Of a DNA stretch of 64,000 nt, positions 24,701 to 36,337 are shown piece by piece. This DNA is from Selaginella moellendorffii. Taxonomy: Eukaryota; Plantae; Lycopodiophyta. The stretch spans positions 3,468,443-3,532,442 of the forward strand of contig NW_003314265.1 of the NCBI RefSeq assembly GCF_000143415.4. The letters are read 5' to 3'. Each line of letters opens with the position of its first letter. The stretch's first letter is position 1. The notes under the pieces are model-generated. The model worked only from the letters and a program-made list of their open reading frames with translations, ran no database searches and had not been told where the DNA came from. Both the position numbers and the translations under genes were made by a program.

Positions 24701-24867
24701 CGCCTGGGACGCCGCTCCACATCGTCAAGAACTTGAGAGCTTGTGTCGACTGTCACGCGGCCGCCAAGTTCATCTCCAGGATCGTGGGCCGGAAAATCGT
24801 GGTCAGGGACTCCACTCGCTTTCATCACTTCGAGAACGGTTCATGCTCTTGCAAAGACTATTGGTGA
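21751..24867 (+). CDS. PLS-class PPR protein with E/E+ and intact DYW cytidine deaminase domain
   Basis: Intronless ORF with PG box 'KNPGCSYIEI', 'HSEKLAI', 'CVDCH' and terminal 'CSCKDYW'. First in-frame ATG at 21751. Confidence 0.96.
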   Translation: MLLLLLASKRAAASSQLQRRGLHSLAAFAGSSEDDPERISSKSYARKFADLDGVSRALSAGASYSSLLQECGHRRSLAQGKLVHSHILEQRRMHIYVENLLVQMYGKCGSVADALAVFHAIEHPNSVSWTLIVAAFARNGHYREALGYYRRMVLEGLRPDGAMFVVAIGVCSSSKDLKQGQLLHAMILETQLLEFDIILGTALITMYARCRDLELARKTFDEMGKKTLVTWNALIAGYSRNGDHRGALKIYQDMVSKSVKPDKPTFLAVLDACSKLGSLSELRMLHLDILEQKMAADLIIGTTLVSAYGKCRSLKDAEAAFSSLATKNVVSWNAMISAYCHNGRPEKSLELFHEMEPQEVKRDATTFMSVLEACAAMKSLQQGRLVHAALEGSGFDLNSFVAGTVVNMYAKCGSLQDARRAFDKMATKTTCAWTTMITAYAQLGSPRKALELYHAMEPEGMKPDAITFSSALYACSVVGDISQGREIEARTVASGYASDSIVQNALINMYSKCGSLESARKVFDRLKNRDVIAWNTMISGYAKQGAATQALELFQRMGPNDPKPNVVTFIGLLTACTNLEDLEQGRAIHRKVKEHGYESDLVIGNVLLNMYTKCSSSLEEARQVFERLRTRDVITWNILIVAYVQYGQAKDALDIFKQMQLENVAPNEITLSNVLSACAVLGAKRQGKAVHALIASGRCKADVVLENSLMNMYNRCGSLDDTVGVFAAIRDKSLVSWSTLIAAYAQHGHSRTGLEHFWELLQEGLAADDVTMVSTLSACSHGGMLKEGVQSFLSMVGDHGLAPDYRHFLCMVDLLSRAGRLEAAENLIHDMPFLPDAVAWTSLLSGCKLHNDTKRAARVADKLFELESEDEHSTVTLLSNVYAEAGRWDDVRKTRNRRAARKNPGCSYIEINDTVHEFVAGDKSHPEEELIAAEIKRLSKQMKDAGYVPDMRMVLHNVKEEEKEQMLCYHSEKLAIAYGLISTPPGTPLHIVKNLRACVDCHAAAKFISRIVGRKIVVRDSTRFHHFENGSCSCKDYW

Positions 24868-25740
24868 GGTAAACTGGTTTTCGTTAGTTTGTTTCTCGGT
24901 CCTGACGTTTTAGTACGCTTGACAGGTGATGGAGTTTCTTTTCTTTTTATCGCCTGTGACCAGCCATAGCTCTTCGTCTGGAGGTAAAAAATTTCAGTCA
25001 TTCATTGCTCTTAGTTTTTGATTCGATTCCATGTTTCTGACTTCGAAACTTATTACTCCTGACAGTTATTTCTATATTGCTTTCAAGTTTCGGAAGAACC
25101 GATCATTCCCTCGCTTTGGCGCTCTCTGCAAGAAGGTAAAATGGCTCGTTTATATTTCGCAGCTGTTTTAAATCACCATGTTCTTCTCCAGATGCTTGAA
25201 ACACAGGACATAACAACTTCAAATAACTGGACTCGTTCGTCCCAAAGTAACTATCACATAGCCATTTACTCTCTCTCTCTCTCTCTCTTTCTCACATAGG
25301 ATTCTTTTTTCTTCCTTGACAGGCACTGAAGGGAATTCATTCACACCGCCACAACAACATGATTTGAATGAACCCGGATGAGATTTCAATGAGCCACGAC
25401 GACCATATTGTTTGGGAATTCATATCAAAGCACTGCGTTGGAAGTGGTAATCTAATACAAAGACTTTTAACAAGGAGGGAGGCACGGCACATCCATCGAA
25501 ATCGTGGGAGTTTAGTTGTCAATCAAGATCATGGAGTTGAACTGGATGTCAAACCATTCAAATCGTTTTTCAAGACCAAATGGTAAGATCCACGACTCTT
25601 TAACTTAGCCGTTACAGGAGCCGATCAATCCAATCCATCCAATCGGTCTATTTGCTCTCGATGTTTACAACTTACAAGAACTAGCAAACTAGCATCTCCT
25701 TGAGAACCCAACCGGCGAGACCACGAATCAAGTTACAGAA

Positions 25741-25743
<3 letters not shown>

Positions 25744-25773
<30 letters not shown>
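25744..25773. repeat. (GA)n microsatellite; similar (CT)n tracts at ~25269-25288 and ~50110-50181, (CA)n at ~31440-31468
   Basis: Directly visible dinucleotide runs. Confidence 0.95.
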
Positions 25774-25778
<5 letters not shown>

Positions 25779-27378
25779 TATTGGCCGCTCGCTCGGGGTG
25801 GAGTTTTGATCATTGCCCCACTCATCAAACAAATTCTATAGTAAACAAGCCAAAGTCCATGGTATCTGATTTGATAGCTCATATGCACGGCGGGATTTTT
25901 TCTCGGCAATGTATATTGATGTAAGTTTGCACATGCTCAGATGTTGTGTGCCACCTTTACGAGTTTAATATGTGCACCAAACTTTCTAGTGCTGCCCACA
26001 TGCGCAAACGCAGGCCCCCATGCTTACTCTAATCGGATAATCACAGGGCCAAGGAATTTCACTTCCAAGGTGGTGGCCTCATGTCTAGAATATTGTTATT
26101 AACTCCTGAAATATCAATCAAATTCAATGCTCCTCACATGAGGAATGACAAACAAGCAGTAACCAAAAAAAAAAAGTCTTCTGCCCAAAAAACTGAGCAA
26201 AAAAAAAAATTAAACCAAGCTTGCTTTGCTTGGTTGCTTGCAAACAATTTTTGCAAATTGGAGGAACTGCAATGCTCTGCAGCTTTGATTTGAAAGGAAC
26301 ATTCATTCCCTTGGCCAATTGATTATAGTGGTGATCCATGCCGGAATATGCCACCATGGGGTACCATGCATATTCGGCCATGAGTACGGGATCATAGTGG
26401 CTGATGATGATGACGACGACGACGACGACGAGAGAACAAAAGACCCTAGGTACGGTGGGAGTATTGTGTAGAGCTCACGTATTCCTCCATTCCATCCATC
26501 CATTTGATGATATCTCGAGAGTAGGCCTAGAGTGGTCGCGCGAGCCGGGAGTGGTCTATTTGAATCAATGCGTGTTCTTGGTGCTGGATTCTTCTTCTCT
26601 CTCGGATCTTCTCATTTGAATCTTCGTTTCTATGCTCGATTCACCGCTGAAGTTTCGTAGATCTAGGCCGAGAGATCGATCCATCCATCCGCAAACGTCC
26701 AGCGGCATTGCTCCAGAGCTCTTGGCAGTGTCGATGTTTGTAGTTTGATCCCTCCACAGCTATAGAGACGACGGGAGATCTAGACGAAGAACTCGTCTAG
26801 AGATCTTGACAAAGAACTCGTCGACCACCACGGGAGAGATTATATCATCTGGAGTGATAAAAGAGGAAGGAGAAGCTTCTGTCTGGCAATCTCTTTTAAC
26901 TCTTATCTATCTTTCCCCTCTGTATTTGTGGGTCCAAAGGCCGTAGAGTTATAGTAGAGTAGTAGTAGCGCTGGTATATCTCTTTCTTTCTAGCTTTCTA
27001 TGTGGATCCGAGAGGGTATAGCGTAGTAAAGACAGGCAGGCAGCACAGGTAGAAAGACAGGCAATGTATCAAGTATCATGTACCGTATAAGAGCGAGAAG
27101 CAAGAAAAAGAAGAAACAAAGAGACGATCTCCTCCGAGAGAGATGCGAGGAACACAACTTCGCGGCGAAGGGGCGCTCTTGCTTGGCGGCTTAATTGCTT
27201 GTCGGTGGTGATCGTCCTTTGTCGCGGAGATCTGGTTTGCTGATCAAGAACACTTCACAGCACGTCACTGGCACTCCATCGATTTCTCCTTTGTTCTCTT
27301 CTCTTCTTCTTGTCTTGGCGGTCTCGTGTATGATTCTAGCTGGAGCTGGGATCACCGCAGACGAGGGAGGCGATCATC

Positions 27379-29571
27379 ATGTTCTATCACTGCGAGAGCG
27401 AGGCCGGGAGCTCTTGCTCCACTCCATTCGTGAGCGCGCCATCCAGCCCCAGCAGGAGTGGCACCACCAGCGCGCTCAAGACCACCACCGCCAAGAACAC
27501 CGGCACAACGAGCAAGAACAGCCTCTACTACTACTTCTCGGCGCCGTCCAGCCCGCCGCGCGATCACAAGCTCCACGCCGCCGCCAATCCGGAGCACCAC
27601 CACCAGCGCGGATTCAGCTTCACGGAATGTGAGTTCCAGTTCCACTCGCGATTCGATGGCGGCGGCGGCGGCGGTGGCGGTGGCGGATCCGGCGGCGGCG
27701 TGGTGGCGGCGCTGCCCAGTGTTCTTGTCGGAGAGCGCCGCCGCGAGGAAGAGGAGGAGGAGGAGGAGGCGATGATGGAGGACGCGGAGATGGGGGGCGT
27801 GGCGGGCTTCTACTTCAGCGCGCCCACGAGCCCGGACCGGCGGAACAAGGATCGATCGGGCAAGGGCGGCGGGATCTGGGACGAGATGCCGGGCACGCCC
27901 AAGATGATCTTTGGAGCCAATGCGGCGGCGTCGCGGGATCCATCGCCAGCGCTAGGGTTCTTCAATGCCGACTCGGATTTCGAGTTCTCGTCCAGCCGGA
28001 TGTCCGACTCCGACTCCACGATCTCCGCCCAGATGTCCTCCGCCGACGAGCTCTTCTTCAAGGGCCAGCTCCTGCCCATGAAGATCCCGCCGCCCCAGCT
28101 CACCTCCTCGGACTCGAGCGGCTCCTCCAACACCATCGCCTCCACGGATTCCAGCGACCACTGCTCCTCCTCCTCCGCCGCGGCGCCGCCGTCGCCCAGA
28201 TCCGCGCGCAAGGCCGGCGGATCCGCGTCGCCCGGGCGGATGAAATCCGCGGTGATGGGCAGCCTGTGCGGCGCCACCATGATCAAGTCGGGCTCCATCT
28301 CGGACTCCTCCTCCATCTCGGCCTCCGCCACGTCGGACTCCACGGCCAGCCGGGGACCCCCGCGGTCCCTCTCGCCGCTCCAGCTGCTCAAGAAGTACCA
28401 GTCCATGATGCTCATGATGGGCCGCCCCGCCTCCTCCAATTCCTCCTCGCCATCGCTCGCCACCTCCAATTCCTCTTCGTCCTCCTCCGGCGATCACCAG
28501 ATCCCCCGGCCCGCGAGAACTTCCTCCAAAGGCCGGACGCTGAGGGAATTGCTCCACCTGAGTAGCATGCACAAGAAGAACAAGCCGGGGCCGAGCTCTT
28601 CCAAGGCAGAGGAGGGCAAGAAAACCATCCAAGGCGCAGAATCCACAGCGAAGGAGTCCAAGGAGGCCAAGGATTCGACTCCGCCACCACCTCCGCCATC
28701 TTTGCCGGTACCTCCGAGCAAGCCCCTCGGCAAGAAGCTCGACTCCTCGGCTCTCACCAAGAGGCTGGTGGAGAAATCCCTGGTGGGCGATCACAGCAAG
28801 CGATTCACCGCCGCGAGCGCCGCACGGAAGACGCCGTCCTCGTCCTCGGCATCGGGGAATCTCCAGGGAATCGCCATCCACAAGAAGAGACTCCACAGCC
28901 TCGACCTCCAGCACAGTGGAGGATCCACCGGCGGCTACTACAGCTCCGCGAGGCGATTGCACAGCGGATCCATCGTCCCCGAGGCGGAGTTCCCCGCCAT
29001 GGCCGCAAGGCCGCACAAGGGCCGGCTGCCGGACGCGACGATCAAGAACAAGCGGCTCAACTATCACGTAGCGCACCGGCGAGGAGGGCAAGGTGGCGGT
29101 CGCGGGGGATCAATGTTTCATAGTGGGCCGATCGTGGGTGGCAAACTTGGCGGTGGTGGTATGGACTTCCAATCCGCGAGATTCACCGATCTCAATCTCC
29201 ACAGCAAAGGTGGCGGCGATCATTTCTACTACTCAAACTCGGCAGCGTCCAGTGCATGCTCGTCCCGGAACGTCAGCCCCCGGCGGAGCCGCAACAACAG
29301 CATCAACAGCAGCAGCAGCGGCAACATCCTCGGCGGCGCCACCAACGTTTCCTCCTCGTCGTCGGCGGCGGCGGCGGCGGCGGCGCAAGGTGGCGGAGGC
29401 ATATCCCTCCACGAGCTCCACTACAAGTCCCAGCAGCGGGTAAATTCCGAGGAGATGCGCCGCAAAACCTTCCTCCCATACAAGCAGGGCCTGCTGGGCT
29501 GCCTGGGCTGCGCGACCATGCGAATCGCGGGCTTGTCCAAGAGCTTGCAGCCCATGGCGTCGTCGAGGTGA
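27379..29571 (+). CDS. Ser/Gly-rich intronless protein, DUF1645 / AR781-like family
   Basis: Islands '[11 protein letters not shown]', 'YFSAPTSP', 'DFEF', '[14 protein letters not shown]', 'RSLSPL', 'HELHY...[20 protein letters not shown]' in a low-complexity matrix. Confidence 0.78.
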   Translation: MFYHCESEAGSSCSTPFVSAPSSPSRSGTTSALKTTTAKNTGTTSKNSLYYYFSAPSSPPRDHKLHAAANPEHHHQRGFSFTECEFQFHSRFDGGGGGGGGGGSGGGVVAALPSVLVGERRREEEEEEEEAMMEDAEMGGVAGFYFSAPTSPDRRNKDRSGKGGGIWDEMPGTPKMIFGANAAASRDPSPALGFFNADSDFEFSSSRMSDSDSTISAQMSSADELFFKGQLLPMKIPPPQLTSSDSSGSSNTIASTDSSDHCSSSSAAAPPSPRSARKAGGSASPGRMKSAVMGSLCGATMIKSGSISDSSSISASATSDSTASRGPPRSLSPLQLLKKYQSMMLMMGRPASSNSSSPSLATSNSSSSSSGDHQIPRPARTSSKGRTLRELLHLSSMHKKNKPGPSSSKAEEGKKTIQGAESTAKESKEAKDSTPPPPPPSLPVPPSKPLGKKLDSSALTKRLVEKSLVGDHSKRFTAASAARKTPSSSSASGNLQGIAIHKKRLHSLDLQHSGGSTGGYYSSARRLHSGSIVPEAEFPAMAARPHKGRLPDATIKNKRLNYHVAHRRGGQGGGRGGSMFHSGPIVGGKLGGGGMDFQSARFTDLNLHSKGGGDHFYYSNSAASSACSSRNVSPRRSRNNSINSSSSGNILGGATNVSSSSSAAAAAAAQGGGGISLHELHYKSQQRVNSEEMRRKTFLPYKQGLLGCLGCATMRIAGLSKSLQPMASSR

Positions 29572-31590
29572 AAGAGAGAGAGAGAGAGAAAAAAAAAATC
29601 CCCTTTCTTTTGTTTGATTATGGAGAGAGTTGATGTACATTCTAGCTGGTAGAAAAGAGCAAATCAATCACGATCAAGAGCCTATTTACTTCGCAACTTC
29701 ACCGTGCGGTACGCTTGCCTGCAAATATTCCACACTATAGAGCATGGCCACTCGGTTTTCATTTACTTCCAGCTTTGATCAGGTGCTACATGTATTATAT
29801 GCAAGCGCTGCAGCTTTTTCTCGTGAGGCGGACAGGGCTACACGCAGGGGCCGGACGGACGCTCGACGGCCGCGATGGCGGACAGCGGCATGGAGCTGTG
29901 AGAGCCGAGATGCAAACAACGATCTCCTCGAGTTAATGCGCTCTTGGCAGGCTGTTAACAACAAACACCAGCACCAGCACCGCCCCCGCTGCAGACTGGG
30001 CACAGCTGAAACAAAAGTTATGATCAGCGAGGAGGAGGCCAAAGAGAGACTGGCGGAGAGAGCGAGAGATCAACAGGAATCAGAGATCCCAGAAACACCA
30101 GGGATCCCCACAGGGGCCAGACACCATCAGCGTGGGATCAGTGTGTGGATCAGGAGGCAGTTAATCAGCAGGGTGTCACTTTCTTCGGGATTAAGAACAA
30201 GAACACAAGACGCACACACCTTGCGTCCCTTGGTCACGTCATGCTTGTCTGTATAGCTCCATCGCCCTCCTCCAGAGAGGAAAACGCATGGCACAAGTTG
30301 TGAGTTGTGATAACAACTGAGGCATCCAGAGCTTGGAGTCTAGCCTTTGGCATTTGTGCGTGCATGCAAAGCTTAAGACGGAACATCGCAAAGCAAATCA
30401 TATGGTTTTTTGTCTGGCTATATATTGTATAATATATTTTCGGTGCATCATATGTGATAGTTAGGAGGAAGAATATGGGTCCAGGTAAAAATTGGGCCAG
30501 CCAAGCTGCGTCAGGCCAAGTATATAGCGGAGGATCTCTTTGATCCTCTTCTATCTCCGGATAAGAGATCAAAAGACATTGCAATCTTCGCTGCTCGGCC
30601 AGCCAGCGCTGGCTCTCCTTTTAGAAAAATTCTCTTTTGGCATCCTATGCCGATGAAATGTATCGAGGCTTTTGTGTGTAGCATCGTGCTGCTGCTGCTG
30701 CGTACAGAGATACTATATATATCAATTATATATACGTGTATATAAAATCTACGCGTCAAATGGATTTTAAAATATACATAAGCTGCCAGTCTTTTCTTCC
30801 ACGCCTTTGACAGCATGTTGTTATAAGGAGACAAGCAAAACCAGCTCAAAAGATGGGTGATGAATCTCAAAATCGAAAGATCTCTCCTGCTTCTCCCAAC
30901 TACCAGAAGAGAAAAGGTGGGGAGTGCGAGAGGTGATAGACAAGTCCAAACTAATATTGAAATCTTCTTGATCGTATAGTAGCTTAACTCAAGAGATGGA
31001 TGAAATCGCAGGCCTCTCCACTGAGACAGGGTACTTGTTTGTAACCTGATTGAAATTCGAAGATGTCAAGTCGCTTGGCCGCTTGTGGAAGGCTAGAAAC
31101 CAGCCACCACTCTTGAATCTCAACAGCAAAAGTTATTCCATATTTTCCAAGTATTCTTCTTTTATGGAATCAAATTCAAACTTTTGCCCATGAAATCACT
31201 CTGCTCTAGGCAAGGCAAGACGAAGACTGGAGGAGAGATTCCCCCAAAAAAAAATTCCTAAAAGAATTCTTACCTCCATGGTTGGATTTGGATCTGTGCT
31301 ATCCCTTGGCTTGAGGGCTGTGGTTGGATGGTTGATGTCATGCGTTGGTGGAGGTGGTGGCAGTGGCGCAGCAGTGGTGGTGGAGCTCAGGTCCACACCA
31401 TAGCCAAACACACGCTTCGAGGACTTGTGTGGCAGAATGCACACACACACACACACACATACACACACAAAAAAACAAAGACAGAACACGGTCAACGAGG
31501 AGGTCAACGTCAGCCGGTCCACGCTTTTGGTCAACGGTCTATCAAGGGCGAGAAGAACAGGGTAGCCCTAAGGTTTGAGGGGGGAGAGCG

Positions 31591-33628
31591 ATGAATATCG
31601 AGGCGAGCGCGCCCAAGCTGGACGTGAATCAGCGCCTGCCGCTGCGGCACTACTACAGGATCGCCGATAATCTGCTGCGCCAGGTATGCTGGTAGGGTTC
31701 GTCTGATCGGGCAGTAAGGGATCGATTGGATTTGGTTCTTTCTAGGCGAGAATCTATAGGAGCGAGAAGAATGTGCTCGAGCTCTACATCCTCCTGCTGA
31801 GATTCACAAGGTTTGCGCCTCCTCTTGATTCTTTTTAAAGGCTCGCTTTACGCATACTCCAGATGTCATTGGTTTCAGCTTGGTGATCGACACGATCCCA
31901 GCTCACAATGAGTACAAGCGCTTTTCGGATTCACAGAAGGCTCTTCTCCGGCAGGTACTGAGCGATTGCTTCTTGCAGCTTCTGCTGCTGCTTTGCTTTT
32001 TTGTTGAGGCGACTCTATGCGAAGTTGAATTCTTTTTTCTTTGCAGAGGGTGTTGGAAGCGCTGGCCGAGCTGGAAAGCTTGAAGCCTCTTGTCAAGAAA
32101 GCTTTGGAAGCTCCTTTCCCGGTGAAGGTACGACTGTGCGTAGTTCTGAGAGTTTGATTTTTCTACGAGCTTTATGTGCAGAGAAATGCGTCTCTTGAGT
32201 ACAATAAGTACGATCCCAATCCTGCAAAGAATAGATGGCAAACCAGTCTCCAGACTAACTGGCAAAACACATGGCAAGGGTAAGCTAAGCAAATGTATTG
32301 GCGATCTTCCAAGCTTTGAATTTTCAGAACTGTGAGGCCAAGAGATGAGACGCTCTCTAGGCATTCTTATTTTACGTTGCCGAGCAGCAGGAAACCGATG
32401 CTTGAGCAACCTGTCAAAGTAAGCATTTAGTAAATTCGAGGTCACGACGCTGAATCATTCTTATCTGTTTCTACTAGGTGACGTACCCAAGCTATATTGA
32501 TGTATCGCATATCGAGATCCCAAGGTCTGTAGCTTTCGGTCGGCACCGTTCTTGTATACTGATATTTTTTCATTCTTTTTGCAAAGTTTTGACCAGAACT
32601 CCATCTCTGTGTCTTCGTCAGAACCAACAGCCTTACCACCTCAGTACAATCTTGTTAATCAGCTCGCTCCTCCTCCCGTTCCGGTTCCTGTACAAAACGT
32701 TCAATGCTTGCCGCCCACTACAGTGGCTGATCCAAGACCAGGGTCTCCCAAGGTTTCCAATGAAAAGGGACCAAAGCACTTATACGTTGTGAGTATTCTT
32801 TCTACCTTTTCATTTTTAGTGTGTGGACTAAACCATATCTTTGCAGTCTCCGACTATGATGGAAGAGTTCCTTGCACTAGCTCGTCACAATACGCAAAAG
32901 AATTTGGAAACCTGCGGAGTCCTGGCCGGTTTTCTTGTAAGGTCTCCAATTTTTCTTTGTGGTGGCTAACTTGAACCCGTAACTTTGCAGGAAAAGGGTA
33001 TGTTTTCTGTGACAACTCTGATTATCCCGAAGCAGGAAGCGACGTCAGATTCGGTATGCCTTCACGATTTTGTGGGCTACTCGTTTAGAGTTTTTCTTGA
33101 CAGTGCCAAACGGTCAACGAGGAGGAACTATTCGAAGTTCAAGACAAACGGAATCTATTCCAGCTTGGATGGATACACGTAAGTGCGCCTGAGATTAGAA
33201 TGCACGATCGTAACCATGTTTCATTTCGCAGACGCATCCAACACAAACGTGTTTTATGTCGTCAATAGATCTTCACACGCACTACTCCTACCAGGTACTA
33301 GACACTCGCGTTTTCGGGCTGCTCATCGCAAGCTCTTTTGCGCAGGTAATGCTGCAGGAGGCAATTGCGATCGTCATGGCTCCCACCGACGAAGAAAGGT
33401 CTCGTTTTTCCTCTCGTTTGTTCTACCAGTTTCTTACCTTCCTTCGCGTCCAGGTCCTTCGGCATTTTTCGGCTGTCCGAGCCTGGCGGCATGGAAGCTA
33501 TCCAGCAGTGCGACCAACGAGGATTTCATCCACACGACGAGCCGGCCAACGGCGGCTCCATATACGATCACTGTTCCCATGTCTACATGAATCCCAGCTT
33601 AAGATTCGATATAGTCGACTTGAGGTAA
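31591..33628 (+). CDS. AMSH: AMSH-type JAMM deubiquitinase (N-terminal MIT/USP8-dimer-like + MPN+)
   Basis: 'LPLRHYYRIADNLLRQA', 'NLETCGVLAG', 'LIIPKQEATSDSC', JAMM '[25 protein letters not shown]', 'QCDQRGFHPH', ends 'DIVDLR'. Confidence 0.93.
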
Positions 33629-33661
33629 CATCTAATTCTTTTCTTTTCGCTGAAAGTCATC

Positions 33662-33752
33662 CATGCTAGAATATGAACACTTTGGACATTCCTACTATGT
33701 TAGAATATGAACACTTTGGACATTCCTACCATGTTAGAATATGAGCACTTTG
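33662..33752. repeat. 34-bp tandem repeat (~2.7 copies) containing the start codon of the next PPR gene
   Basis: 'atg(c/t)tagaatatga(a/g)cactttg' at 33663, 33697 and 33731. Confidence 0.92.
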
Positions 33753-35930
33753 ATCTCACATATTAAGTCATGTAAAACTCTAGTGGATGCGAAGAAACTA
33801 CATTGCTCTCTTGCGGACTCGCCCCCAAGCGTCTTTGTTTCTAACCTCCTCATCCAAATGTATGGAAGGTGCGGCGGCATCGATCACGCTCGGCGCGTGT
33901 TTGATGCCATTGACGCCAAGGACATCTTCTCGTGGAACTTGATGCTCTCGGCATATGCCGGAAACGGGTATATTCGCGAGGCCAAGCTGGTGTTCGATTC
34001 CATGCCAGACCGTGATCTTGTCTCCTGGACTAGCATTCTCACCGCGTTTCTCAAGTTTTCAAGAATGGATGATGCGAAAATGGTGTTTGATGCTATGCCC
34101 GAACAGGGAATCATTTCACTGACCACTATGCTTGCGGCATATACCCGAATAGGGGATCTTGACGGGGCATTAAGAATATATTTCCAGATGCCTTTCACGG
34201 ACTCTTTCTCTAGCACAGCAATCATCGCAGTTCTTGGGAGATATGGAAACGTGAAGGAAGCAAGAGATATATTTTATCTCATGCTTCACAGGGACATCGC
34301 GACCTGGAACGCAATGCTATCTGCATATGCCGATAACGGGCATTTGGACGAATCCGTGAGAATCCTTACCGCTATGCCGCTGCAAGATCTCGTATCCTGG
34401 AACTCGATGCTCTCGGCGCTAGCGCGGAACGACCGCCTCAAATCGGCAATCGCGCTCTTTGACGCCATGCCCGAGAGAAATCTCGTGACGGGCAACGTCA
34501 TGCTCGGAGCGCTGGGCGAGGCCGGGTGGATCGATCACGCGCTCGCCCTCTTCCGTGGAATGGATGCGCGAAACCTGATTACCTACAACACGCTACTCAA
34601 TGCGTACGCACGCCGCGGGAGTGCCGAGAGAGCGCGCGAGCTCTTTGAGCGGATGCCCGAGCGGGATCTTGGCACGTGGACGGCAGTGATCGCCGCCAGT
34701 GGGCATGTGGACGAGGCCAGGCGGGTGTTCGAATCCGCCCCCCAGCGCGATCTCATCTTGTGGAACTCGCTCCTCTCGGCAATCGCGCAGGAAGAGCGTC
34801 TGGATGACGCGCAGAGGCTCTTTGATTCCATGGAGGAGAGGGACATTGTGTCATGGAACGCGATGCTCTCGGCGATTGCGCAAAATGGGGGCTACGATCG
34901 CGCCAGGGAGTTCTTCGAGGACACGATGCCCTGTCACAACGTGATCTCGTTTAATGCAATGCTCACGGCGGCGCGGGGGATCGAAGAAACGAAATCTCTC
35001 TTTGATCGAATGAAAGCCCACAATCTTTTCTCCTGGAATGCGCTCCTAGCGGCAAGTGCCCAAGAAGGGAACTTTCAAGAGGCGAAGGGATTGTTCTATA
35101 TAATGCCCAGCAAAGATCTCGCGTCGTGGACCACCGTGCTCTCGGCAATGATCCAGGCATCGCAAATCGCCCAAGCCCAAGACCTCTTTGAGAAGATTCC
35201 CGGACCGCGCGATCGCGTCGCGTGGACAATGATGCTCGCAGCATATGCCGGGACTGGGCATCTTGACAAGGCCGTGGAACTCTTCCACGCAATGCCTGAC
35301 GTGGACGTTGTCGCATGGACAGCCATGCTGACTGGGTTTTCCCAAAACAGCGACCTGGCAAGCGCGGTCGCGTTGTTCCACTCAATGCCAGGAAGAGAAA
35401 TGGTGGCGTGGAATGCCATGCTGTGCGCATATGCCCGGAATGGGCACCTGGCGTCCGCCACGCGGACGTTCCACGCGATGCCAGCTCGGAACGTGGTCTC
35501 GTGGAACGCCATGCTGGCGGCACATTCTTCCAGCGTGGAGCTTCTTGAGCCCTATTTCATGGGAATGGTGATGGAGAGCGCCGGGGCGGACGAGACGACG
35601 TTCGCATGCGTGCTGGCGGCGCACGCCCACGGCGGAAATCTCCAATCGGCTGTGCGATGCTTGCGCGCGATGAGCGTGGATCACGGCTGGAGGCCCAAGA
35701 AGCAGCAGTATGGATGCGTGATCGGAGTGCTCGGCCGCGCCGGGTACCTGGCGGATGCCAGGGATTTGATGGAGAGCATGCCTTTGGAGCCGGATCTCCA
35801 CGACTGGGTGGGATTGCTGGGTGCGTGCCGGATCCATGGCAACAAGGAGCTCGCCGCTAGCATCGCACAGAATGCCGTGCGCTTGGGACCAGGTACTACG
35901 TCGCCTTACGTTTTGTTGTCTAGCATTTAG
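33741..35930 (+). CDS. PLS-class PPR protein with long array of 31-aa SS-type motifs, truncated E, no DYW
   Basis: Repeated 'FD.MP.RDLVSWN.ML.AYA..G.L..A' units; ends 'WVGLLGACRIHG...SPYVLLSSI*'. Confidence 0.92.
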   Translation: MSTLISHIKSCKTLVDAKKLHCSLADSPPSVFVSNLLIQMYGRCGGIDHARRVFDAIDAKDIFSWNLMLSAYAGNGYIREAKLVFDSMPDRDLVSWTSILTAFLKFSRMDDAKMVFDAMPEQGIISLTTMLAAYTRIGDLDGALRIYFQMPFTDSFSSTAIIAVLGRYGNVKEARDIFYLMLHRDIATWNAMLSAYADNGHLDESVRILTAMPLQDLVSWNSMLSALARNDRLKSAIALFDAMPERNLVTGNVMLGALGEAGWIDHALALFRGMDARNLITYNTLLNAYARRGSAERARELFERMPERDLGTWTAVIAASGHVDEARRVFESAPQRDLILWNSLLSAIAQEERLDDAQRLFDSMEERDIVSWNAMLSAIAQNGGYDRAREFFEDTMPCHNVISFNAMLTAARGIEETKSLFDRMKAHNLFSWNALLAASAQEGNFQEAKGLFYIMPSKDLASWTTVLSAMIQASQIAQAQDLFEKIPGPRDRVAWTMMLAAYAGTGHLDKAVELFHAMPDVDVVAWTAMLTGFSQNSDLASAVALFHSMPGREMVAWNAMLCAYARNGHLASATRTFHAMPARNVVSWNAMLAAHSSSVELLEPYFMGMVMESAGADETTFACVLAAHAHGGNLQSAVRCLRAMSVDHGWRPKKQQYGCVIGVLGRAGYLADARDLMESMPLEPDLHDWVGLLGACRIHGNKELAASIAQNAVRLGPGTTSPYVLLSSI

Positions 35931-35995
35931 CAAAGCCTACTATTTGCTTGTTGGTTAGCACTGCTTTGGATTCTTTCTTTTTTTTCTGCTTTCTT

Positions 35996-36337
35996 GAGAA
36001 GCTCTGGCAAATGGCACAGGGTGGACCTCGCGTTTTACGTGCTCGTGTACAACTAGGCGAGAGCTCGTACCCGAATTGTCCATCCAGTGTTTGTAAGTTT
36101 CTTCGTGTTTTCTGGGATCTCACGAAACGCAAGGTTCTGCAGCTTGAATGCGCTTCTTGCGCGCTGGTTGTCTTCGTTCTTAGTTCGCTTGTGGCTTTGT
36201 CTGCGAGCTCACCTCTCACGCAGCCGCAGACCTGCGGAAGCGATCCTCGAACTTTGGAGCTGACACAATCGAGAAAAGTCGACAACACGGGCATAGCGGT
36301 CTCTGCTAGAAAACAGGGTGGTACCTCATATCCGTAA
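35996..36337 (+). pseudogene. Highly decayed fragment of a purple acid phosphatase 3' region
   Basis: 'gagaagctctggcaaatggcacagggtggacctcgcgttttacg...acaacta' aligns by eye with 'gagaagctgtggcaaaagtacaaggtggacctcgccttctacg...acaacta' at ~38685-38742. The match downstream of ~36080 is weak. Confidence 0.6.

Noticed and set aside
29700-31560. Possible minus-strand gene (ATG GAG|GTAAG near 31280) divergent from AMSH
   Set aside because: Every splice option I tried gives only a very short peptide; a non-coding transcript cannot be supported without RNA data.
33662-33752. 34-bp repeats as a CRISPR array
   Set aside because: Head-to-tail copies with no spacers, no cas genes, eukaryotic context.
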